A stretch of DNA of 64,000 bases from Agathobacter sp. (lineage in GTDB: Bacteria > Bacillota > Clostridia > Lachnospirales > Lachnospiraceae). A program made the translations under genes and the position numbers. The notes beneath the pieces are model-generated. The model did no database searches, was not told the origin of the DNA, and saw nothing but the letters and a program-made list of their open reading frames with translations. The stretch lies in contig JAXJTU010000097.1 in the NCBI GenBank assembly GCA_036309425.1, forward strand, positions 124 through 64,123. The letters run 5' to 3'. Shown here piece after piece: positions 29,031-38,194 of this stretch (positions are counted from its first letter, which is position 1; each line of letters begins with the position of its first letter).

Positions 29031-29885
29031 TTATTTTAAGATAAGTTTTAAAGTCTCTTTTGCATTTTCAATTGCTTCAAAGGTATAGCCATTTTTGATT
29101 AGATCTTCGTCCGTAGCCCCATTTTTAAGCTGCAAAATTAAATCATTACCTTTTTCCATACCTTTCTCCATACTCTCATCAAGTTCATCTTTCATTAATA
29201 TTCTCAAAGCTTCACACATAAGCGGTTTCCTCCGTTTCAATTCTTCATATAAATCAATATTGGCCATTACGCTAATCTGATAAATTGCATCAACATTATT
29301 ATGTTCTCCCTGCGTGGTAAGGTCCTTACTTGCATATGCAAAATTAATAATATCTTCCTCTTTTGCATTAGCAGAAAGAACGCGAAGCCACTGATGCTCC
29401 TTATCAAGACGGCTAGTTACGATAATCTGTGTTGCAAACATAAGATTTCCAGTTACATAATAAATTCCAGAGCAATATTCAGTTATAGAATATCCGTTAT
29501 TTATTAAAGCATATATAAGCTTTCTTGGATATCGTTCTCTGACAAGAGAAACTGTTATTTCATTCAAAGGAATCTCATCTGTTTTTTCTGCAAGGCTTTT
29601 ATAAAGACAAGCGTACCCGATTGTTTTGCTGAAATCATCAATAGTAAGTCCATCATTTGGACTTTTGTATTCAATTACATTGTGCTTTTTGAAAAGATGA
29701 CCAATTGGATTTTTAGTGGAAAACTCTTTTATTTTTTTAACAATGAGCATATCCATCCGAATTGCTTCTTTACTAAGGTAATGTTCCGTGTCGAATAAAA
29801 GATTATCTTTGTCATCACGAAACTCAAGTTGAGCGGCACCATAAAAACACTGGTGCCATTGTTTGTTTACTTCATTTTGATGCAT
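29031..29885 (-). CDS. Rpn-like/PD-(D/E)XK-like hypothetical protein
   Basis: RMDMLIVK...NVIEYKS...GYACLY nuclease-like motif; C-terminal MCEAL...MEKGMEKG tail. Confidence 0.6.
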   Translation of the reverse strand: MHQNEVNKQWHQCFYGAAQLEFRDDKDNLLFDTEHYLSKEAIRMDMLIVKKIKEFSTKNPIGHLFKKHNVIEYKSPNDGLTIDDFSKTIGYACLYKSLAEKTDEIPLNEITVSLVRERYPRKLIYALINNGYSITEYCSGIYYVTGNLMFATQIIVTSRLDKEHQWLRVLSANAKEEDIINFAYASKDLTTQGEHNNVDAIYQISVMANIDLYEELKRRKPLMCEALRILMKDELDESMEKGMEKGNDLILQLKNGATDEDLIKNGYTFEAIENAKETLKLILK

Positions 29886-30275
29886 TCGTATTTTCCTTTC
29901 TATTCATTTGTAGTGCAGGAATTTACGAATTATATCAAGTTCTGTTCAAAAACGCTCCAGCGTTCATAACTGCTATCCACTTAATTCCTGCTATTTCATG
30001 TGAATTTAAAAAGCAAGAATTTTCGAGATAGGATATTCGATAATGCAAAAATAATACGTGTCATGCATTAGTAGAATTTAGAAAACATAAAAACAAATGT
30101 TTTATGCTAATTAAGAAAATATATTGCTTTTTAAAAATTATAGCATGCAAAAATTAGTGAAGCAAGATTAATGCAATTACAAAAAGAAATTTTGTTGACA
30201 CATAATAGGAAAATGTCATTAAATTAATTGGTAGCTATAAAAAATGAAGATAGTATATGTTTTTTAAGAAAAGTA

Positions 30276-30306
30276 TTGACTGTAAACCTTGTTTATAGCT
30301 TAAAGT
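30276..30306 (+). promoter_or_regulatory. MerR-type promoter with a 19-bp spacer and dyad
   Basis: TTGACT-19 bp-TAAAGT containing CTGTAAAC-CTT-GTTTATAG, directly upstream of a MerR gene. Confidence 0.75.
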
Positions 30307-30331
30307 TGCTTCAGAAACACATAAGGAGGAC

Positions 30332-31090
30332 ATGAAAATGACAATTAAAGACATCGAGCAGGTACTAAATGTTCCTAGAGCAACAATAAGATTTTATGAA
30401 AAAGAAGGACTTATCAATCCGGAAAGAGCAGAAAATGGATATCGTGATTATTCGGATCAAGATGTTGAGAGTTTAAAGAAAATAATTATTTTGAGAAAAA
30501 TAGGTCTGTCTGTAAATGATATTGAAGATCTTTTAGACGGAGCAAAATCGATGGACACTGTTCTTGATGTTAATATGCACAATTTGCAGAAACAAATGGA
30601 AGAGCTGACCGGAGCCATGAATCTTTGCCAGAAAATGAAGAATGATACAGCAGATATTAATTCTTTTAATACAGAAGTGTATTGGAATTATGTTGATGAG
30701 GAAGAAAAGAAAGGTAATTCCTTCATGGATATTGCTAAGGATATTGCACATGAGGAAAGGAAAATATTTGCAAAATATCTGGGCTGGAATACCGATTCTG
30801 AGGGTAATTCATATGATATTGTAAAAGATATAAAAAACACCATAATTCTCATTGCACTGATGGGAGTAATGCATTGTGTATTGAACAAGGATTTATCGGC
30901 AAAAAGTTTATTATGGGGATTAAAATGGATACTTATCATGATTGTTTTTGAGAGCATTATTGCAGTTCCATTGTATTTTCTGGGCAAGAAATTTGAATGG
31001 ATTACCAGGAATCGAGCAAGAATATTGTATGCAATTCCATTTGTACTTTGCCTTATACTTGTAATTATTGTAGCAGTAATGAATATGTGA
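30332..31090 (+). CDS. MerR-family regulator with three C-terminal TM helices
   Basis: TIRFYEKEGLINPERAENGYRDY; hydrophobic C-terminus. Confidence 0.88.
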   Translation: MKMTIKDIEQVLNVPRATIRFYEKEGLINPERAENGYRDYSDQDVESLKKIIILRKIGLSVNDIEDLLDGAKSMDTVLDVNMHNLQKQMEELTGAMNLCQKMKNDTADINSFNTEVYWNYVDEEEKKGNSFMDIAKDIAHEERKIFAKYLGWNTDSEGNSYDIVKDIKNTIILIALMGVMHCVLNKDLSAKSLLWGLKWILIMIVFESIIAVPLYFLGKKFEWITRNRARILYAIPFVLCLILVIIVAVMNM

Positions 31091-31128
31091 AATAAAAAAT
31101 GAAGCAAGATTAAACAAGTGTTTATGAA

Positions 31129-31623
31129 CTAGGGCTCGGCAAATAAGCCTATTGGAGGCGGGGCAATTGTGAAAATAAAGAAGCATAATATCAATATTAA
31201 AACAGTCCAATAAAGAATAGATGAAAATTTTTGGAAGCGACAAGTCTGTGCGGATTTATATATAGAAATAAAGCTCACAACTACTGCAAAAATAAACGTA
31301 GTGATATCCCCCAAAAATTCATTCATTCCCAAAATTCCAGAGTATGTATAGAAAACAACCGGGATAAGAAACGTTCCAATTAATATACCAGACAATAAGG
31401 CGGAAAGAATACAAGGATATTCCTCTTTCAATTTAAAATAAGAAAAAATAGAAAATATCAACATGGGAAAGAAAACTAATTTCATATGCTCCCATGTTGA
31501 TTCATTTACTGGCGCAAAAAGTCCAATTAGTATATTGTTTCCCGACCAATCATAGAAAAAGTGTGCAAGACTTCCCAATACTATTACAAAGAGCGCTCCC
31601 AAAAAACAAAATTTTTTTAACAT
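31129..31623 (-). CDS. Membrane protein (DUF6512-like)
   Basis: LAHFFYDWSG...PVNESTWEHMKLVFFP...FYTYSGILG. Confidence 0.7.
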   Translation of the reverse strand: MLKKFCFLGALFVIVLGSLAHFFYDWSGNNILIGLFAPVNESTWEHMKLVFFPMLIFSIFSYFKLKEEYPCILSALLSGILIGTFLIPVVFYTYSGILGMNEFLGDITTFIFAVVVSFISIYKSAQTCRFQKFSSILYWTVLILILCFFIFTIAPPPIGLFAEP

Positions 31624-31722
31624 ACCATCACCTCTGATATAGTATATGAATACGGTATCAAAATATTAGTACTTTCATATACAAAATTATTTATCATCCC
31701 TATAATTTGGATTGTAGCATGT

Positions 31723-32151
31723 GTGATTATACAGTTTCTGTTTATGAAAAATAAAAGAAATAGACGACTGGTATTTGGAACACTTTTATTTGCTTTAGGA
31801 TTTCAGACACTATTTGATATAGTTACACAATCAGATTATTTGTCAAAATTCCCTATTGAAGTAATAATTCCCGCACTGGCAATAGTAGGATTTATCATAG
31901 CAATAGCAGTAAAGGAACCTGGTAAAATCACTCGTATTATTATTATGCTAGGCTATGCAGCAATGGCAGCATTCAAATTATATTGCGTAGCTGCAACAGT
32001 GTTGAATCTTTTTAATCCAAAAGTTATTTATGGAATGCCTGTATGGCTGGTTATTCTTTATAATATTATTCGCCCAACAATTTATTGTTTAGGCATGCTT
32101 TTATTTACACTCTGGATTATAAAACCAGAAGACAAAAACCAGGCGCAATAG
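31723..32151 (+). CDS. Hypothetical membrane protein
   Basis: Four hydrophobic segments; start uncertain. Confidence 0.5.
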   Translation: MIIQFLFMKNKRNRRLVFGTLLFALGFQTLFDIVTQSDYLSKFPIEVIIPALAIVGFIIAIAVKEPGKITRIIIMLGYAAMAAFKLYCVAATVLNLFNPKVIYGMPVWLVILYNIIRPTIYCLGMLLFTLWIIKPEDKNQAQ

Positions 32152-32260
32152 ATTGTTGCAAAAGGTAAATTAAGTATGGCTGCTAAATTATGTTGACACA
32201 TAAATTTTTCTATAGTAATGTATCTATGAAAAAAAGGTATAAAAAGAATGGAGCAAATAA

Positions 32261-32749
32261 ATGTCATCAATAATTCATTATTTAGTAGTATTTTTAATAT
32301 CAATGGTACCACTTGTTGAGATTCGTTTTGCAATACCATATGCGGTAGGAATTATCAAAAGTGGAATAGAATTAAATCCGGTAATATGCTGTATAGCTGC
32401 AATTGCAGGAAACATGCTTCCAGTACCATTTATCTTCTTTTTTGCAAGAAAAGTCCTTGAGTGGGGCGCAAATAAGCCTGTTATAGGAAAATTTTTCACA
32501 TTCTGCCTTGAAAAAGGAAAAAAGGGTGGAGATAAATTGAAGGAAACAGCAGGTAGAGGATTACCATTTGCATTGTTTTTATTTGTTGGAATACCACTTC
32601 CTGGAACAGGAGCATGGACAGGAACTTTAGCAGCATCAATTCTTGATATGGAATTTAAATCAAGTGTAATAGCTGTTATATGTGGAGTTCTTCTAGCAGG
32701 AACAATAACAGGATTAATAAGTTTTGGCGCATTTTCAGCCATATTTTAA
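32261..32749 (+). CDS. COG2426 small multidrug-export family protein
   Basis: SMVPLVEIRFAIP, FVGIPLPGTGAWTG. Confidence 0.88.
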   Translation: MSSIIHYLVVFLISMVPLVEIRFAIPYAVGIIKSGIELNPVICCIAAIAGNMLPVPFIFFFARKVLEWGANKPVIGKFFTFCLEKGKKGGDKLKETAGRGLPFALFLFVGIPLPGTGAWTGTLAASILDMEFKSSVIAVICGVLLAGTITGLISFGAFSAIF

Positions 32750-32752
32750 ATA

Positions 32753-32788
32753 AAACTCCGGCATTGTAGAAGTGCTGGAGTTTTTTTT
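32753..32788 (+). terminator. Intrinsic terminator
   Basis: AAACTCCGGCA...TGCTGGAGTTT plus long T-run. Confidence 0.75.
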
Positions 32789-32928
32789 GTGCCACAAATA
32801 TCCATTAATGATGGAGCTGATAGAATGGTATCACAAGTTAATATAGTTCTAAAATCCAGTAAGCTGTGTTATACTAGGAAAAATAGATATCCTTGTAGAT
32901 TTTGCAATAAGGAAAGGCAGTAGAGTAA

Positions 32929-34497
32929 ATGTTATATCCAATAAGCGTACAGACATTTGAAAAAATAAGAGAAAGAGACTATATTTATGTAGATAAAACA
33001 GACTTAGTATATGAACTTGCGCAGGAAAATGTGTGCTTTTTATCAAGACCACGAAGATTTGGAAAGTCTCTATTGATTAGCACATTAGAAGCATACTTTT
33101 TAGGCAGGAAAGATTTATTTCAGGGACTAAAAATGGAGTCTCTTGAAAATGATTGGCAAGAGTATCCTGTGTTTCGAATTGATTTTGCAGGTGGTGATTA
33201 TACGAATCCAGACGAACTGCAGAATAAGCTTGAGGTGTATATAGGTAATTGGGAAAAGAAATACGGAAAAGATGAGTTAAGAAATACATTAAGTGATCGT
33301 TTTCAGTATGTTCTAGAAGAGGCGACAAAGCTGACCGGACACAAAGCAGTAGTCCTTATAGATGAATACGATAAACCAATGTTAGATGTTATTGGTACAG
33401 ATTTAGAAGAAAAAAATCGTAATACTTTAAAAGGATTTTACGGAACATTTAAAGCAGCAGATGCATTCCTTAGATTTGTCCTCTTAACAGGAGTTACAAA
33501 ATTCAGCCAGATATCAGTATTTTCAGGATTTAACCAGCCAAAAGATATCAGTATGGACAGTAAGTTTGATGCAATCTGTGGTATCACAGAAGAAGAGCTC
33601 TATCAGTATTTTGCAGAACCGATAAAAGAAATGGCAGATAAATATGGTTGTGCTGTAGATGAAATGAAAGGTGAATTGAAAAAGCAATATGACGGATATC
33701 ATTTCAGTGAGAACATGCTAGATATTTATAATCCATTCAGTATTATTAATGCATTTGATTTAAAAAGAATTGATGACTACTGGTACAGAAGCGGAACACC
33801 GACATACCTGGTAAAGCTTCTTGAAGGACATAATGTAAATATGCAAAAGTTACTTGATGAGGAGTATAGACCAGAGTATTTCATGGACTATCGTGCGGAT
33901 GTGGAAAATCCTCTTGCCATGTTTTATCAAAGTGGATATCTCACAATAAAAGGATATGATATAAGAGACCGACTTTACACCTTGGATTTTCCAAATGATG
34001 AGGTAAGAAGAGGATTTGCGGTACTTCTTGCAAACAGCTATTTTAGAAAAAATGATGCTGATGTAGATAATGCCATTATAAGGATAAGCCGCATGCTTCG
34101 ACGTTGCGACCTCGACGGAGTACGTGATGCATTTACCGCATTTCTTGCATCCATACCATATGAAGCCAACAAGGATGAAAGAGCCAGGGATTTTGAAACA
34201 CACTTTTCATACACCTTCTATATAATAAACCGTCTTCTAGGCTGCTACACAACCCTAATAGAAAAACAAAACAGCAAAGGAAGAGCCGACATAATAATAG
34301 AAACAGACAATGACGTATTTATCTTCGAATTTAAGTTAGACAAAAGTGCCGAAGAAGCACTAGAACAGATAGAAGAAATGCAATATGCAATACCATATCT
34401 GGATGATAATCGAAGCATTCACAAAATCGGCGTAAACATCTCAAGTGAAAGCAGAACAGTTGACGAGTGGATTGTTGTTGACCTGGAAAAAGCCTGA
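32929..34497 (+). CDS. AAA-ATPase-like domain plus C-terminal PD-(D/E)XK nuclease protein
   Basis: YVDKT, RPRRFGKS, LIDEYDKP, YDGYHF, YNPFS, GRADIII...IFEFK, ALEQI. Confidence 0.9.
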   Translation: MLYPISVQTFEKIRERDYIYVDKTDLVYELAQENVCFLSRPRRFGKSLLISTLEAYFLGRKDLFQGLKMESLENDWQEYPVFRIDFAGGDYTNPDELQNKLEVYIGNWEKKYGKDELRNTLSDRFQYVLEEATKLTGHKAVVLIDEYDKPMLDVIGTDLEEKNRNTLKGFYGTFKAADAFLRFVLLTGVTKFSQISVFSGFNQPKDISMDSKFDAICGITEEELYQYFAEPIKEMADKYGCAVDEMKGELKKQYDGYHFSENMLDIYNPFSIINAFDLKRIDDYWYRSGTPTYLVKLLEGHNVNMQKLLDEEYRPEYFMDYRADVENPLAMFYQSGYLTIKGYDIRDRLYTLDFPNDEVRRGFAVLLANSYFRKNDADVDNAIIRISRMLRRCDLDGVRDAFTAFLASIPYEANKDERARDFETHFSYTFYIINRLLGCYTTLIEKQNSKGRADIIIETDNDVFIFEFKLDKSAEEALEQIEEMQYAIPYLDDNRSIHKIGVNISSESRTVDEWIVVDLEKA

Positions 34498-34625
34498 ATT
34501 TATGGGAATGCACCATAGTGGTGACATAATATTATGAAGGTGGTGCTTGATGTTGTTCTGGTAATCAACGATACTTAAATCACATCTGCAGATGAAAAAT
34601 TACAAACGGAAGGAGCAGATTTGAT

Positions 34626-35471
34626 ATGGTCGAATTTGGCGAACAACTAAGAAGAGCGAGAGAAGAAAAGGGGATGACTCAACAATCTCTTGCAGAGCAA
34701 CTTTATGTAACCAGGCAGTCAGTTTCAAGGTGGGAATGCGGAGACCGGTATCCCGATTTACTTACAACAAAGAAAATATCGCAGATTCTGGAAGTGAGTC
34801 TTGATGACCTATTATCTGGAAAAGAAATGACAAAAGTAGTAGAACGAAACCCTGTGATTGAGAAAAAAAGTGTAAACAACATAATGATTGCCCTATATGC
34901 ATTTGTGGTAATATCATTTTTCATTACAATAGTTGATATAATTATTCGCTTCCCACTTCAGTCGGAAGCGATTGATTATAGTGATATTCAGATTATAGTT
35001 ATAAATGTATTGGGATTAATTATTCAGATAGTATTTTTCACTTATGGACTATTTCAAGTTATACGGGGCACATTATCACCTAAAAGAATGGGAGCAGTCA
35101 ATCTCTCATATTTTGGAGCAATGTGTATTTCCGATTCAGAAATCATAATAAGGCATGAGCATATGCAACTTATTATAATCGGAGTGGTATTACTTATTCC
35201 ATACATATGTGGTGCAGTAGCATCATTTTTCTATTTCATACGAGCAAATAATAATAAAATATATTCAGGATTAATATATCTGACATCAATTTGGGGAATG
35301 CTATACACCTTCTATTACACATATAGTTTAATTGTAGGAGCAAGCCAGTATTTTTCTATGAATAATACAATAAGTCTTGTTCTTAAAATCGCCATATATG
35401 CACTAATAGTATACCAAACCCACACATTAAAAATAAAACGAAAAAATGCCTTAGAAGTCAGTAAAGAATAA
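34626..35471 (+). CDS. XRE-family HTH protein with a multi-TM C-terminus
   Basis: MTQQSLAEQLYVTRQSVSRWE...VSLDDLL followed by about 6 TM helices. Confidence 0.85.
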   Translation: MVEFGEQLRRAREEKGMTQQSLAEQLYVTRQSVSRWECGDRYPDLLTTKKISQILEVSLDDLLSGKEMTKVVERNPVIEKKSVNNIMIALYAFVVISFFITIVDIIIRFPLQSEAIDYSDIQIIVINVLGLIIQIVFFTYGLFQVIRGTLSPKRMGAVNLSYFGAMCISDSEIIIRHEHMQLIIIGVVLLIPYICGAVASFFYFIRANNNKIYSGLIYLTSIWGMLYTFYYTYSLIVGASQYFSMNNTISLVLKIAIYALIVYQTHTLKIKRKNALEVSKE

Positions 35472-35507
35472 ACAAAATAAAAAATAAAATCATACCAAAA
35501 CGTAAAC

Positions 35508-35873
35508 CTGAGTGGAAAATATAGGAAGTGCCGATAAGGCGCCGCCCCCAACCCAGGCATACAAGAGAGTGCGCCAGGAGGCTGCATACAGTTTGCGCCA
35601 GGGATTTTATGGCGGAATGTGAGAACTTCTTAATTTCATGTAGAAAGTCAGAGGGAATTTGCCCGGACGGCAAATTCAGGTGGCAAGGTGCACGGATGCA
35701 CCTTTGACACCGACTCGTCAAGAGCCAAGACACTAATTCATGAAATTCTAGAAGTTCCACATCCCGCCATTTTCCCCGGCGCAAACTGTATGCAGCCTCC
35801 TGGCGCACTCTCTTGTATGCGTGGGTTGGGGGCGGCGCCTTATCGGCACTTCCTATATTTTCCACCCAGCCAA
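35508..35873 (-). repeat. 362-bp palindromic element (E4) with ~130-bp arms and a branched centre
   Basis: 35508-35599 matches the reverse complement of 35778-35869 at 90/92 positions; pairing continues imperfectly to 35640/35739; TTGG foot on the minus strand. Confidence 0.95.
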
Positions 35874-35877
35874 GAAC

Positions 35878-37053
35878 TTAATTATGCCCCCCTCTCTTTT
35901 TGTTGAGGTTTACAACCAGATAAACACTGAAAATAGCCACAGCAAACAACATCTGAACCCCAATATTAGTCCAATAACTATCCATAGAAACCGCCTCCCC
36001 GGTAAATCCGGAAATCATATTGTTACTCTTAATATACCAGTAAGCAGGCAGGAACTTAGAAAAAGCCAATACCTTATCAGAAAGCATCCAAAGAGGAACA
36101 AACACACCACAAAGGAAACTAGTTCCAAGGCCTAAAACATTAGAAACCAGACTAAGCGAATCAGAACCTAAATTAAAGGAACCAACAAGCAAAGTAATCG
36201 CAATAATAACGATTGTATAAACAAAGCTGTTAAGTACACACAACAGACCATTTGTTGAAAAAACCATAGAAGGTCCATAAACAAAAACTGCACAAATCAT
36301 AAGTATAAGCCACATAGCAACCGAATATGTGATACATCCTAAACCGATTTCAGCTGACTGCTTAACTCTTGAATAAGAAGAACAAGCCACACGTGAAGCC
36401 AAATCATCCTTGTGGAAAGAAATCAAAATAGGAGAGATACCAACAATCAGGATGGAAATTGAAATATATGCAAAGTACTGGAAATAGTAGAAAATACCCT
36501 GGTCCTTATTCTTACTTGTCTTCTCAAACTCAATAGTCTCAACATCAGATTTTGTATTTTCGATAGTCTTTGCAGTCTCTTCTAAAGCCTCCTCCATGCT
36601 GTATCCAGCTGCAATATTCAGGCGAAGGTTATTGATATAAGAGCTGATATCCTGATTGAAAAAATATCCAGCAGCAGAATCAGTTCTCATGGAATGAGAC
36701 AAAAGATTATCAAAATCACCATTCTCTAAATTCTTCTCATACCCCTTAGGAATATTTAGAATATATTTAACCTGCTCATAATACAGATTATCCTGAAGAG
36801 TCTCATTATCGTAGGAATCCATCTCAACCAGCACATGCTTATCAGAAAGATAATCAATAAGAGCCTTGCTGGCATCTGACTTATCCTCATCAATTACAGT
36901 AAAATTAACGCTGGAAGCTGAAAACTTGTTATCTGAATCGGAAGAGCTAAGAAGGCTCATACATACCATAATAATTAAGAAAACCGAAAGATAAATAAGA
37001 CAGCCGCCTGTATAATTCTTCGCTATTTTGAAAAATGTCTTATAAACTTGCAT
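35878..37053 (-). CDS. ABC-2 exporter permease
   Basis: FLCGVFVP, KFLPAYWY; large extracellular loop. Confidence 0.85.
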   Translation of the reverse strand: MQVYKTFFKIAKNYTGGCLIYLSVFLIIMVCMSLLSSSDSDNKFSASSVNFTVIDEDKSDASKALIDYLSDKHVLVEMDSYDNETLQDNLYYEQVKYILNIPKGYEKNLENGDFDNLLSHSMRTDSAAGYFFNQDISSYINNLRLNIAAGYSMEEALEETAKTIENTKSDVETIEFEKTSKNKDQGIFYYFQYFAYISISILIVGISPILISFHKDDLASRVACSSYSRVKQSAEIGLGCITYSVAMWLILMICAVFVYGPSMVFSTNGLLCVLNSFVYTIVIIAITLLVGSFNLGSDSLSLVSNVLGLGTSFLCGVFVPLWMLSDKVLAFSKFLPAYWYIKSNNMISGFTGEAVSMDSYWTNIGVQMLFAVAIFSVYLVVNLNKKRGGHN

Positions 37054-38185
37054 ATTTTTTTCTCCTTGTCATCAAAAATCCTGCCATGATGAAAAGTATG
37101 ACAAAAATTAAAAGTGAACAAATATCAAAAATAAATCTGTCATATGATTCATAAATTGCTAAACTGTAGAAACTGTCAGTAATAATTGTTGCAGGGTTGA
37201 GTTTATTAATAATAGGGCAGTTATTCTGGATGATAATTTTGATATTACCAATCATAAGACCACTTAAAAAGCAAAGTGGCATAGTAACAGCAAACACAAG
37301 TCCCTGTTTGAAGTTCTGGCTTTTCTGACCAATACTGCCAATAAAAAATCCAAGCGAAATACCAGTAAGACAACCAACAAATGTAGTTAAAATTGCAAGA
37401 GGAAGTCTTGATGCAATATCAACCTTAAGAACAAAAGCAACATACATAAATCCAATAAAATTAAGTGCAAATTCATAAGTTGCAGTTGCAAAAAGCTCAC
37501 ATACAATTGACTTTAACTTATGAGTAGGTGATAAGCATTTTCTCATACCAAGCTGGGAAAGATTTGCCTGATTTTCTGTAGCAACTAAAACACCACCCAT
37601 TGAAGTATACAAACATGCCATGGCTAAAAGGTTATAAAAATACTGGGCAAATGGATCTGCATCAGGCTTTCTGCTGATAGAAACCTCATCATTAAAATCA
37701 GATATTGATTCAAAATTACCAAGTACCTCCTGAATTTTCTCAGGATGGTCAACAACGATTCTGGTAATTGAATCCTGATACATGTTATATTCATTTACGA
37801 ATGCCTGAAGAATACTCTGGTTAAGAGATTCAGTTGACATATTTGCTGAAATTGATAATTTTGCATTTTCACCCGAATAAATGATTCCTGTAACCTCTTT
37901 AGATTCAAGTAAATCCATAGCTTTTTTCTCATTGCAGAAGCTTGCTTTAAGCATTGCACCGTCACCTTCTGAAAGTGTCTCAACAGACTGCTTAAGTGCA
38001 TCCCCGTAGGTGTCATCCTCGCAAACGACTGCAACGCTGATTGCTTTCATATCTTCTGAAGCAGACAAATTTGAAAAAGCAACATTAAAAAGTGTACCTA
38101 AAACAACTGGGAAGCAAAGAATCCAGAATGTATTACCTTTGTTTCTAAGAAGTCTCTTCCAGGTAGTTAAAATAATATTTATCAT
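37040..38185 (-). CDS. ABC-2 exporter permease
   Basis: FWILCFPVVLGTLF, CFLSGLM, NP motif. Confidence 0.85.
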   Translation of the reverse strand: MINIILTTWKRLLRNKGNTFWILCFPVVLGTLFNVAFSNLSASEDMKAISVAVVCEDDTYGDALKQSVETLSEGDGAMLKASFCNEKKAMDLLESKEVTGIIYSGENAKLSISANMSTESLNQSILQAFVNEYNMYQDSITRIVVDHPEKIQEVLGNFESISDFNDEVSISRKPDADPFAQYFYNLLAMACLYTSMGGVLVATENQANLSQLGMRKCLSPTHKLKSIVCELFATATYEFALNFIGFMYVAFVLKVDIASRLPLAILTTFVGCLTGISLGFFIGSIGQKSQNFKQGLVFAVTMPLCFLSGLMIGNIKIIIQNNCPIINKLNPATIITDSFYSLAIYESYDRFIFDICSLLIFVILFIMAGFLMTRRKKYASL

Positions 38186-38194
38186 GGTTACCTC

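Noticed and set aside
35315..36135. ORFs 35315-35587, 35458-35865, 35688-35906 and 35821-36135 with mirrored peptides
   Set aside because: By-products of the GC-rich palindrome E4 (the same peptide appears on both strands); no recognisable domain.
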